12,975 nucleotides of DNA from Promethearchaeota archaeon (GCA_048940645.1 JBHLOI010000080.1:1-12975); one strand, 5' to 3'. Counted from the stretch's first letter, positions 1 to 8,061 are shown. The notes: a model not told the origin generated them from the sequence alone. A program made the numbers and translations.

Positions 1-41
1 ATTTAAATAGAAAAATTAATAGAAAAAAGGGTAAAATAATT

Positions 42-1019
42 ATGGCAATTCAATGGGGAAAAATGATTTTACACGGGATTCTCTCTGCTATATTTTATAT
101 CGCTGTTCCTCTTATTCTCTTTTATGTTCTTGAACTTTTTAACATAATGACTTTTTCTGAGAGTTTTAGAACCTCAGTTCTTATATTTGGTATTATTGGA
201 GTGGTAATTTCTATGCTTAGACATGCTTTTCCTGAAGATACATCGGCAAATAGGCTTATTAGATTTGGAATTACCGTCTATTCTGGAATTTTTCTCTTCT
301 ACATATTTGGAGGATTTGAACCTGGAAGGAGTTTGGGAACTTATTCTATTGATTATACTAGTCCACTGATCTCTGTCCAAGCTTTTTTAGGCTTACAATT
401 AATTGCGTGGTTATTTTTAGGATCTACTATAATAAGAGGGTTACAATATTTAATAGAAGCTATAGAATTACGTAAAAAGAAAGAATACAGAGTTACGGTT
501 AAAAAACAATTTAGAGTAAGCAAAATTTTCAAAGTGTTAGGAATACTCGCAAGTCTTGCAATTTTAGGATATTTTGGTAGCATAGTTTATAGTGGATTAA
601 ATGTAGACTTTAATCTTCAAAATATGGCTTATGATTATGATAATAATGGATCTCCTTCAGATTTTACAGATGATTCTTTAAGCCTTAATGTGACTTTTGA
701 TGTTGGTAATGCGGGTATATACGCCTTTCATAATGTGTCTTTAAATGCTGAATTATTTACAGTAGAAACTGATAATGCTTCTGCTTTACCATGGCACATA
801 AGAATAGGAGGAATTCCTAGTCCATATCAAAAAACATTTCATTCATTTACTAACACAGTGAATCAAACTATTTCAATTAGTATAACTAATACCACTATTA
901 TCTATGGTTTAATGACCACTGATGCTGATTTAGCACTGAGACTTTCATTTTCAACAACATATGCAGGGATTTTTATTGCGTTAAATGTTTCTCTTCCATT
1001 TCCATGGACGCATCCTTAA
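42..1019 (+). CDS. Uncharacterised membrane protein (about 5 TM helices plus an extracellular beta-rich, possibly LEA_2-like, C-terminal domain); paralog of 1188..2162
   Basis: 325-aa ORF with four hydrophobic segments in aa ~9-138, a basic linker (ELRKKKEYRVTVKKQFRVSK) and a fifth TM at ~162-184. The C-terminal domain is beta-rich and carries 7 N-x-S/T sequons. It aligns end to end with the next ORF (AIFYIAxPLIL, FPxDTxxNRLI, FGGFxPGxxLGTY, LGLQLIAWL, YAGI). Confidence 0.85.
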   Translation: MAIQWGKMILHGILSAIFYIAVPLILFYVLELFNIMTFSESFRTSVLIFGIIGVVISMLRHAFPEDTSANRLIRFGITVYSGIFLFYIFGGFEPGRSLGTYSIDYTSPLISVQAFLGLQLIAWLFLGSTIIRGLQYLIEAIELRKKKEYRVTVKKQFRVSKIFKVLGILASLAILGYFGSIVYSGLNVDFNLQNMAYDYDNNGSPSDFTDDSLSLNVTFDVGNAGIYAFHNVSLNAELFTVETDNASALPWHIRIGGIPSPYQKTFHSFTNTVNQTISISITNTTIIYGLMTTDADLALRLSFSTTYAGIFIALNVSLPFPWTHP

Positions 1020-1187
1020 ATAAAATCTCTATTTTTTAAAATTTTCTTTTTTTAATTTACTTTATTGAGTATTCTGAATCAAGTTATAACTTTAAAAATC
1101 TTAAAGTGAAAATTTAAATAAAACTTAAGAGATTCTAAAGGTAATGTTTCAACTATACAGAATTATTAAAAACTAGGTCAAAAAGTA

Positions 1188-2162
1188 ATGGAAATTCAAT
1201 ACTCTAAAATGATTCTTTATGGATTAATCAGAGCTATCTTCTATATAGCTATACCTCTCATTTTAATTACCCTTCTTTCAGTTTATGACATCATTACATT
1301 TAGTAATAGCTTTATTATTAGCCTACTAATTATCGGAATCATTGGAGTGGGTTTAACAATCCTTAAACGTATGTTTCCAAAAGATACCATGAGCAATCGT
1401 CTAATAGCTTTTGCAGTGGCTATTTACCAAGGTATTTATTTGTTCTATCTTTTTGGAGGTTTTACTCCTGGAGTAAAATTAGGTACTTATTATATTAATA
1501 CAGCTGAAGCCCAAGTTCTTTTGGGGCTTCAATTAATCGCTTGGTTATTACTAGGAATAGCTGGGGTTTCAGCGATTCAGCATTTAATTGAAGCTTTTGA
1601 GTTAAAAAGACAAAAAGAATACATTTTGAAAGGCAAAGAACGTTTTAAAGTAAGCAAACTATTCAAGATATCTGGATTATTGCTTAATATATTTATGATT
1701 GGATATATCTTAAGTATAGTTGTTAGCGGTTTAAATCTAAATATTGATATACATGAGATTAGCCCGGGGGATATAGGCTGGAACACTGGCACGCTTCCAA
1801 TTGATCCAAGCGACGATACAATAAACATTACAGTATATTTCGACGTTAGAAATATGGGACTATATTCCGTTCAAGATATATTTCTTGATGTTGATATTTA
1901 TACAGAGACTACAGAAAATCCTATTACTCTTCCCTGGTATACAAAAGTAGGAGAAGTAAATAATGTTTATTATAAAAAGTTTAACTTTCTAACAATAACT
2001 CCGAACCAAGCTATTACAGTTGATATTGATCCTACCTATGCTCCAGGGCTAGCCATCACAGATGCTACATTAAGATTAAAGATATCATTTAAAAGTTACT
2101 ATGCTGGTATTTTAATTAATCTAAACACATCAATATTAACAGATTGGTATGCTCTTATCTGA
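1188..2162 (+). CDS. Uncharacterised membrane protein (about 5 TM helices plus extracellular domain); tandem paralog of 42..1019
   Basis: 324-aa ORF with the same topology and conserved blocks as the upstream ORF; followed by a T9 tract. Confidence 0.85.
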   Translation: MEIQYSKMILYGLIRAIFYIAIPLILITLLSVYDIITFSNSFIISLLIIGIIGVGLTILKRMFPKDTMSNRLIAFAVAIYQGIYLFYLFGGFTPGVKLGTYYINTAEAQVLLGLQLIAWLLLGIAGVSAIQHLIEAFELKRQKEYILKGKERFKVSKLFKISGLLLNIFMIGYILSIVVSGLNLNIDIHEISPGDIGWNTGTLPIDPSDDTINITVYFDVRNMGLYSVQDIFLDVDIYTETTENPITLPWYTKVGEVNNVYYKKFNFLTITPNQAITVDIDPTYAPGLAITDATLRLKISFKSYYAGILINLNTSILTDWYALI

Positions 2163-2175
2163 TTCTTAAAAACTC

Positions 2176-2184
2176 TTTTTTTTT
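2176..2184 (+). terminator. Archaeal-type oligo(T) terminator
   Basis: Run of 9 T starting 14 nt after the stop of 1188..2162. Confidence 0.45.
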
Positions 2185-2233
2185 ATTATACCCTTATTAT
2201 CAAACTTTTTGTTTGATTAATAACTTATAGACG

Positions 2234-2246
2234 TTTATTTTAAATT
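2234..2246 (+). promoter_or_regulatory. Putative TATA box for the selenoprotein gene (probably a leaderless mRNA)
   Basis: TTTAAA at 2239-2244 lies about 25-30 nt upstream of ATG 2269, and no SD motif precedes the ATG. The AT-rich background lowers specificity. Confidence 0.35.
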
Positions 2247-2268
2247 CTTTAATATTATTAGTATAAAT

Positions 2269-2781
2269 ATGAGTGAACAAGAACCTCCAAGACCAAACGG
2301 ATTACCAGTTGGTTCTAAGGCACCTTTATTTGATACTACCGATATCTATGAGAATAATGTAAATTTAGATAAGTTATTAAAATTATACAATGGAGTACTT
2401 ATTGATTTTTTTCGAGGTAACTGGTGAAATCATTGCAAAACTCATTTAAGTCTACTTACAGAATTTAAATCTGAATTTGAAAAACGGAATATTAAGGTGA
2501 TATCCATAGCAAGTGACAGTCCAAGGCTTTTGAAAAGTTTTAAAGAAGAAAACAATTTTGATATTGATATTATATCTGACCGAAAAACCAAAATTATTAA
2601 GGATTATGATGTATATTGGTTTGCTCCCGGTGGTGCTAAAACTATGAAAGTAAAACAAGCAGTACCCAGTAAATTTTTGATCAACAAAAACAGAGAAATT
2701 GTTTGGACATATATTGGAAAGAATAAAACGGATAGGCCTTCAATAAAATTAATGACAAAAATAATAGATGAAACACTTTAA
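2269..2781 (+). CDS. Selenocysteine-containing peroxiredoxin-like (AhpC/TSA, thioredoxin-fold) protein, UxxC motif, 170 aa
   Basis: Manual translation from ATG 2269 gives MSEQEPPRPNGLPVGSKAPLFDTTDIYENNVNLDKLLKLYNGVLIDFFRGNW*NHCKTHLSLLTEFKSEFEKRNIKVISIASDSP...QAVPSKFLINKNREIVWTYIGKNKTDRPS...ETL. The only internal stop (TGA 2425-2427, codon 53) sits at the first Cys of the Prx-like F[YF]RGxWCxxC motif. The frame continues into the track ORF 2497..2781, and a SECIS follows the stop. Confidence 0.93.
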
Positions 2782-2852
2782 AATCCCTATAAGAATGATT
2801 TGAACATAGAAAAATTAGATGTTTAAGGACTGCCTAGCAAGGGTAAGGGATT
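2782..2852 (+). promoter_or_regulatory. Eukaryote-like SECIS element in the 3' UTR
   Basis: Helix I: AATCCCT (2782-2788) / AGGGATT (2846-2852). Core: ATGAT (2795-2799) / GGAC (2827-2830), giving tandem G.A/A.G pairs. Helix II: TTGAACAT (2800-2807) / ATGTTTAA (2819-2826). Apical AAAAA (2810-2814) is separated from ATGA by 11 nt. Confidence 0.85.
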
Positions 2853-2862
2853 ATTGTAATAA

Positions 2863-2868
2863 TTTTTT
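2863..2868 (+). terminator. Oligo(T) terminator candidate after the SECIS
   Basis: T6 tract 10 nt after the SECIS and just before the stop of the convergent gene, which would keep the SECIS within the transcript. Confidence 0.35.
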
Positions 2869-2870
2869 AA

Positions 2871-3701
2871 TTAGCTCTCATAATATTTATAAAATCCTTT
2901 TCCTGTCTTTCTTCCCAAATCTCCTCTATCAACCATGTTCTTGAGTTCTTGAGGTGGTTTATCATTTGGATCTCCGCTTTCCTTATAATAAGACATCTCT
3001 ACATCATAAATAATATCTAAACCAACATTATCCATAATCTCAAATGGTCCAATACCCATATGGGTAAATATTTTCCATGCTTTATCAATTGTTTCGATAT
3101 CTGCTACACCTGCAGCCCACATTTTTAAGCAATCTTTCTTAACTGATCTCCACATTCTGTTAAACACAAATCCAAAACTTTCTTTTTTCAAAATTATTGG
3201 AGTTATATCAATACTTTGAACGAAATTAACCCCAATTTTAAATGTTTCATCTGAGGTTTCTGTACCTCTCATTATATCAGCCATGGGTAAGGCATATAAG
3301 TTATAAAAGTGAAGGTTTAATACCTTCTCTTTCCTGTCTACAACATCCTCTATTCTTGAGACTGGAAATGATGAACTATTAGTAGCAATAATAGCATAAG
3401 ATGGAGCTGCTTTATCTATTTGAGAAAATATATCTTTTTTTAATTCCAATTTTTCTGGCACAGCTTCTATAATCAGATCAGCATCTGTTATAGCTTCAGC
3501 AAGAGTGTCATGAAGGGTTACTTCCCCAGGAATACCTTTCATTTTTTTCTTTCGATTCATTCTTCTTACAAACTTCTCTAAAAAATTCCTGACTGTATCA
3601 TAAACACGTACAGAATATCCACTCATAGCAGTTCGTTCTATTATTTGTTGACCCATTGTACCGGCTCCTACTATAGCTACAATATTAATTTTCTTAACCA
3701 T
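2871..3701 (-). CDS. 3-hydroxyacyl-CoA dehydrogenase family protein (NAD-binding), 276 aa
   Basis: Rossmann motif VAIVGAGTMG, DLIIEAVPEKLELKK, ATNSSS, HFYN, GFVFNR, GPFEIMDNVGLD and GDLGRKTGKGFY. Start moved from 3761 to ATG 3701 (MVKKINIVAIVG) because the extra 20 codons of the track ORF cover AT-rich promoter sequence. Confidence 0.9.
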   Translation of the reverse strand: MVKKINIVAIVGAGTMGQQIIERTAMSGYSVRVYDTVRNFLEKFVRRMNRKKKMKGIPGEVTLHDTLAEAITDADLIIEAVPEKLELKKDIFSQIDKAAPSYAIIATNSSSFPVSRIEDVVDRKEKVLNLHFYNLYALPMADIMRGTETSDETFKIGVNFVQSIDITPIILKKESFGFVFNRMWRSVKKDCLKMWAAGVADIETIDKAWKIFTHMGIGPFEIMDNVGLDIIYDVEMSYYKESGDPNDKPPQELKNMVDRGDLGRKTGKGFYKYYES

Positions 3702-3736
3702 CTTATATCTACCAAATCTCCCTAAAGTATACAATA

Positions 3737-3770
3737 TTTTTATATAATAGATAAACCTCAATTTATATTA
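3737..3770. promoter_or_regulatory. Divergent promoter region with back-to-back TATA-like boxes
   Basis: TTATATA on the - strand (3741-3747) and TTTATATT on the + strand (3762-3769), each about 40 nt upstream of its divergent ATG (3701, 3811). Confidence 0.35.
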
Positions 3771-3810
3771 AATCTACATCTTCAATTTAAAAAAAAGAGA
3801 TTTTATTAAA

Positions 3811-4755
3811 ATGGAGATTAATAAAATAAGAAATGTATTGGTTGTTGGTGCTGGCACTATGGGTCATGCTATTGCCCAAGTTTACGCACAACATGGCTTT
3901 GATGTGTTTTTAATTGATTTAGACCAAAAAATGTTAGATCATGCCCTCACCTTGATAAAATCTAATTTAGAATTATTGTTAGAACATAATAAATTAAGGG
4001 AAGAGATTACCTCAATATTTAACCATATTCATACGTCCACGAATATTGAAGGATTTGCTTCAGAGGTAGACTTAGCCATCGAAGCTGTAAATGAAGTTCC
4101 TGAAATTAAGAGGAAAGTATTTAAACAATTAGATAAATTCTGTTCTCAAGATACGATTTTAGTAAGTAATACCTCTGGTTTAAATATTTTTGAAATTGCT
4201 GACGTTAGTTATCCTCAACGAATAATTATACATCATTGGTTTTGCCCAGCCTACATAATGCCATTGGTAGAAATTGTACCCGGTCCGAGTACATCCTCTG
4301 AAATAATTAATTTATCCGTTCAATTAATGAAAATACTTGGTAAAAAACCAATTGTATTAAATGAGTATGTTGATAATTTCATTGTTAATCGAATTCAGAG
4401 AGTTATTATGGTACAAGCATGGGAAATGATTCAAAAGGGTTGGGCCACTCCTGAACAAATAGACTATGCTGTAAAGACCGTTTTAGGGGTAAGACTTCCT
4501 GTGCAAGGAATAGTACAATCCCAAGATTTTACAGGACTTGATTTAATTTTAGACAAGCAAAAAGAATTTAGGACAAATAAACGTTATCCTCAAGTCCAAG
4601 AATTAGTAGAACAAGGAAACTTAGGAGTGAAATCAGGTAAGGGTTTTTATAATTATGGTGATAAGACAGAATTAGAAGTTCTTAGAAAAAGAGATGAACT
4701 CTGTTTGAAAATGCTGGATTATCTTGAACGATTAAAATTATTTGACCCTCTCTAA
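3811..4755 (+). CDS. 3-hydroxyacyl-CoA dehydrogenase family protein
   Basis: VLVVGAGTMG, DLAIEAVNE, SNTSGL, HWFCPAYIMPLVE (catalytic His/Glu), FIVNRIQ, DFTGLD and GNLGVKSGKGFY. Confidence 0.92.
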   Translation: MEINKIRNVLVVGAGTMGHAIAQVYAQHGFDVFLIDLDQKMLDHALTLIKSNLELLLEHNKLREEITSIFNHIHTSTNIEGFASEVDLAIEAVNEVPEIKRKVFKQLDKFCSQDTILVSNTSGLNIFEIADVSYPQRIIIHHWFCPAYIMPLVEIVPGPSTSSEIINLSVQLMKILGKKPIVLNEYVDNFIVNRIQRVIMVQAWEMIQKGWATPEQIDYAVKTVLGVRLPVQGIVQSQDFTGLDLILDKQKEFRTNKRYPQVQELVEQGNLGVKSGKGFYNYGDKTELEVLRKRDELCLKMLDYLERLKLFDPL

Positions 4756-4772
4756 AATATTAATCAAAAAGA

Positions 4773-5876
4773 TTATTCTACTTTTTTAATCATTTCTTGT
4801 TTATATCCAGTTATTACCTTTACCAAACCCTTAAGTGATTTATCGATTTCAAAATCTCCTGTATCAACTCGTAGGCATTCTAGATTTCTTATTTTTTCTT
4901 TTGTTGAAATGATTATCATATTTTCTTTACCGACTTTTTTTATCACTGGAGGGGTAAATTGCTTATTTCCTCTTCCAAAAATAAAACCTTGCCCTCCAAT
5001 TGGCGTTACAACAATTTTTACTTTTCCGTATTTTTCTAATAACTTTAAAATTGCCTTTTCATTTAAATCAGCTCCAATAAATTCTTTATTATATATTGCA
5101 TCAACTCCGAACAAATTTTTTTTTAAATGCAAATGGTCTGTAATTGATTTAACAGTTGTTCCAGGGCCTAATAAATATAGTGTATCATCTTCCATTTTCT
5201 CTATTACATCTAAAGCGATTTCATGTTTATTTTCTTCAACAGAACTTCCTATTATAGAACCGTCTTTACTAGATTGGATTAACTTTTGAATTTTAGGGAC
5301 TTTCAAAAAACCATATAATTTTGAATCTAATCTTCCTTGACGAAATGAATCTTCATTTATATCTAAAACTTCTCTTTCTTCAGTATCTATATTTTCCATT
5401 AAGAAAGCTTCAAAAAGTTGAGCAGCAGCTCTGGGATTTAGAGCAAATATAGAACTAAACATTTTTACTCCTGAAGGGATTGCAATAACTGGTTTCTTCA
5501 TATCAATCGCGTCGTAGATATCTCTTGCAGTCCCATCTCCTCCACAAAATATTAATAATTCGATTTCCTTCTTCAGCATGGTTTTTGCTATTCTTATTGT
5601 ATCTTCTGAGGTTGTTTCAATCCCGATTTTATCAATTACCTCAAACTTATATTTATGGGGTTTAATAAGATCTTCTCCCATTTTGCCAGGAGCTACTAAG
5701 AAATAAAAATCATCTACATCTTTTAGATTAGAGAAAAATTCCATCATTCGAGAAGGAGCTATAGGAGTAGCGCCCATCTTTAAAGCTTGTTTATAAATAT
5801 CTCCATCTGTACCTTTTAAACCTACACTGCCTCCCATTCCGGCGATAGGATTGACGATTAATCCTATTTTTTTCAT
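4773..5876 (-). CDS. ATP-NAD kinase family (AcoX-like) protein
   Basis: IGLIVNPIAGMGGSVGLKGTDG, GGDGTARD, IPSGVKMFS, LGPGTT, TPIGGQGFIFGRGNKQ and LRVDTGD are typical of this archaeal/bacterial subfamily. Confidence 0.9.
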   Translation of the reverse strand: MKKIGLIVNPIAGMGGSVGLKGTDGDIYKQALKMGATPIAPSRMMEFFSNLKDVDDFYFLVAPGKMGEDLIKPHKYKFEVIDKIGIETTSEDTIRIAKTMLKKEIELLIFCGGDGTARDIYDAIDMKKPVIAIPSGVKMFSSIFALNPRAAAQLFEAFLMENIDTEEREVLDINEDSFRQGRLDSKLYGFLKVPKIQKLIQSSKDGSIIGSSVEENKHEIALDVIEKMEDDTLYLLGPGTTVKSITDHLHLKKNLFGVDAIYNKEFIGADLNEKAILKLLEKYGKVKIVVTPIGGQGFIFGRGNKQFTPPVIKKVGKENMIIISTKEKIRNLECLRVDTGDFEIDKSLKGLVKVITGYKQEMIKKVE

Positions 5877-5998
5877 AATTAATTAATAATATTATAAAAT
5901 CTGTAGTTAAATATAATTAAGTATGTTAAATAACGTCATTTACTTAAGTATAGGTTATTCTATTTAAACATAATTTAATTATCAATAAAAACTAAAAT

Positions 5999-7957
5999 CT
6001 AAGTAATGATGGGGATACTTTTATCTATGAAGATTTTGGTTATCAAAGGTTCAAGAGAAGGGATATCTTTCATCTGAATTTCCTTGTTTAATCGGTAAAA
6101 TTCCCTAAAAGTCTGCCAAGCATCTTTATCTTCCTTTAATTCTTCAATGAAAAATCTAATCCTCTGTTGTGCCGAATATGATTGCCCTTTAAATAAATAA
6201 CACACTAGAAAGGGATAAAGTGAATTCATAATAATAGTATATTCCCCAAAGTTAGCCCTATTGAGACCCTCAGAGAAGATCTCATCACTAAAGGAATTTA
6301 TAGCTGTTAAAAAACCTCCAAAAAGATGATCCTCGAAAGACCACTCTTTTACAAATGATTCAGAGAAGATAGGTGTCCCACCCTCTGAAATAATCAGAAG
6401 AATGATAGGGTCTTCATCAGTAAGCTTAGGCACAATAATTTCCCGTTTTCGAATCATTCTCTCCATCTGCTCATTTGGGCGCGCTAACTCCATACGTTTG
6501 GATAATGGTGCTTTTGATACTTTTAATTTATCCCATACATCTAATTTTTTGAGTAATTCATCATGCTCGTTTGATATTTTAATTGCTAACCGATTAAGTC
6601 CATAATTTTCTGCTATTTCCTGAGCTTTAGTCAAGAATTGCCGAGCTTTTATCATATTTAAGGTGATTAATGACAATCTTGCTTGTAATAAATATGTTTC
6701 CGCTAATAAGGAATAAGAGCGTGTGTTTTTAACATTGTCAAATAATTGAGAAATATAAACTTGTAATTCACCTAATATTTCTGGTTCATTAGTCTCATAT
6801 AATTCAATTAGAAGTAAATCACACAGATTAAGGAGAGCTTTTTTTAAAGCTTCAAGAAAAGTGATTCCTTCTTCAATTAATTGTTTTAACATCTCTTCAG
6901 CCTTACCCCGATTGAAAGCGCGGGGGCTATTTTTCAGGTATACTGCCCTATCTATGCGATAGAGTTGATTAAATAAATGCTTTTCATTCTCTTCTCGATC
7001 GGCGATTTGTTTCATTCGATTCAAATATCGCTGTGCCATTTCCAGATCGTTCATATCCAGAGATAAATGAAATAAAGTATCAGAAACAAAAAGTATTTCA
7101 AGATTTCTACCGCGCTTTTCCTTAAGAGTTATACTTTTTTCCAAATTTTCTAAAGCTCGGGAGAAATCTCCTTTTTCTTGGTAATTAATCCCAATATTAT
7201 TGTACATATTTGACATTAAATATAAATCATTTGCTTTCTCTGCGAATGCTAAAACTTTTTCAAAGTAACAAAGAGCCAGATCTAATTCACCTTTCAACCC
7301 GTAAATAGCTCCAAATTGCGCATCACACTGATGAATAATTTGCTTTAAGTTAAGATTCTTAGCAAGAATTTTACATGATTCTAAATATTCTGAAGCATGG
7401 TTTAAGTCTCCACTTTTCCAGGAAAGCTCTCCAAGTTGTAAAAGAGAAAAAATAATATCCGTATTGATCTCGAGTTCTTGTCGTAATGCTAGAGCTTGTT
7501 CTGCATATTCTATGCTTTTTTCTAATTCTCCTTTAAGGGGATAAGTCCAGCCTTTTATATATAGAATATCTGCCTCTCTTTTTTTGAGTTCTGTGGATAA
7601 CTCTTGGGGAAGGGTCTTCAGTAATTCTTCACATTTTTTGATAAACTTAACAGATTCATTTACCTTTGACAAAGCAAGGGTATTTGCCATTTGAATATAG
7701 ACATCAAGTAACAAAAGGGAATTTTCAAGCTTTTGACTTTCACGATAAGCCTTTTCGGCATATTTTGCAATTTCATTAATATCAGAAAAATAACGCCTAG
7801 CTAGTTTACTTTTAAACGTATAATAAGATATCCGCTCATGAGAAGAGAGATCCTTTTTCTTTCCAAAATCGTTTACTATTCGAAGAGCTTTTTCAATATT
7901 ACCTTCTTCAATGAACTTTTTTGCTCGAATTAGTTCCTTTGGCTCTGAATAAGACAT
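5999..7957 (-). CDS. Tetratricopeptide-repeat protein with a C-terminal longin-like domain (Lokiarchaeia-type family)
   Basis: Several TPR-like helices (GELEKSIEYAEQAL, GDLNHASEYLE, GELDLALCYFEKVL, NNIGINYQEKGDFSRALENLEKS). The last ~135 aa (PIILLIISEGGTPIFS...LFGGFLTAINSFSDEIF) follow the longin beta-beta-alpha pattern. Confidence 0.85.
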   Translation of the reverse strand: MSYSEPKELIRAKKFIEEGNIEKALRIVNDFGKKKDLSSHERISYYTFKSKLARRYFSDINEIAKYAEKAYRESQKLENSLLLLDVYIQMANTLALSKVNESVKFIKKCEELLKTLPQELSTELKKREADILYIKGWTYPLKGELEKSIEYAEQALALRQELEINTDIIFSLLQLGELSWKSGDLNHASEYLESCKILAKNLNLKQIIHQCDAQFGAIYGLKGELDLALCYFEKVLAFAEKANDLYLMSNMYNNIGINYQEKGDFSRALENLEKSITLKEKRGRNLEILFVSDTLFHLSLDMNDLEMAQRYLNRMKQIADREENEKHLFNQLYRIDRAVYLKNSPRAFNRGKAEEMLKQLIEEGITFLEALKKALLNLCDLLLIELYETNEPEILGELQVYISQLFDNVKNTRSYSLLAETYLLQARLSLITLNMIKARQFLTKAQEIAENYGLNRLAIKISNEHDELLKKLDVWDKLKVSKAPLSKRMELARPNEQMERMIRKREIIVPKLTDEDPIILLIISEGGTPIFSESFVKEWSFEDHLFGGFLTAINSFSDEIFSEGLNRANFGEYTIIMNSLYPFLVCYLFKGQSYSAQQRIRFFIEELKEDKDAWQTFREFYRLNKEIQMKDIPSLEPLITKIFIDKSIPIIT

Positions 7958-8039
7958 ATTTTTTCTTAGAAATTATTAAATCAAATGGCTTGGATTATCA
8001 CTTTCCATATACAAGTTACATATTAAGAAAATTACAATT

Positions 8040-8061
8040 TTAAATATAGTTTAAATATAGT
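8040..8061. repeat. Tandem 11-bp direct repeat (TTAAATATAGT x2)
   Basis: Exact copies at 8040-8050 and 8051-8061 in the divergent intergenic region. Confidence 0.6.

Noticed and set aside
174-583. Antisense ORFs 174..380 and 353..583
   Set aside because: Shadows of the real membrane-protein gene with no recognisable motifs.
1081-1092. 12-bp palindrome AAGTTATAACTT between the membrane-protein paralogs
   Set aside because: Single AT-rich occurrence with no second copy found; compatible with chance.
1577-1828. Antisense ORF of 83 aa
   Set aside because: Lies wholly opposite gene 1188..2162 with no motifs.
2160-2162. TGA stop of the second membrane protein as another possible Sec codon
   Set aside because: Its paralog ends at about the same position with TAA, and the downstream sequence is a T-rich terminator with no coding character.
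2269-2427. Reading the Prx-like locus as a pseudogene or as two small genes
   Set aside because: The only disruption is a TGA exactly at the catalytic Cys position, the frame is preserved, and a SECIS-like hairpin follows the gene.
2452-2658. Antisense ORF of 68 aa
   Set aside because: Shadow of the Prx-like selenoprotein gene.
2497-2781. Track ORF of 94 aa starting at GTG
   Set aside because: It is the C-terminal part of the 170-aa selenoprotein and lacks the active site on its own.
3702-3761. N-terminal 20-aa extension of the minus-strand dehydrogenase
   Set aside because: It uses a non-ATG start, overlaps TATA-like sequence, and the Rossmann motif starts right after Met at 3701.
4909-5289. 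Plus-strand ORF of 126 aa
   Set aside because: Antisense shadow of the kinase gene.
6402-6605. Plus-strand ORF of 67 aa
   Set aside because: Antisense shadow of the TPR gene.
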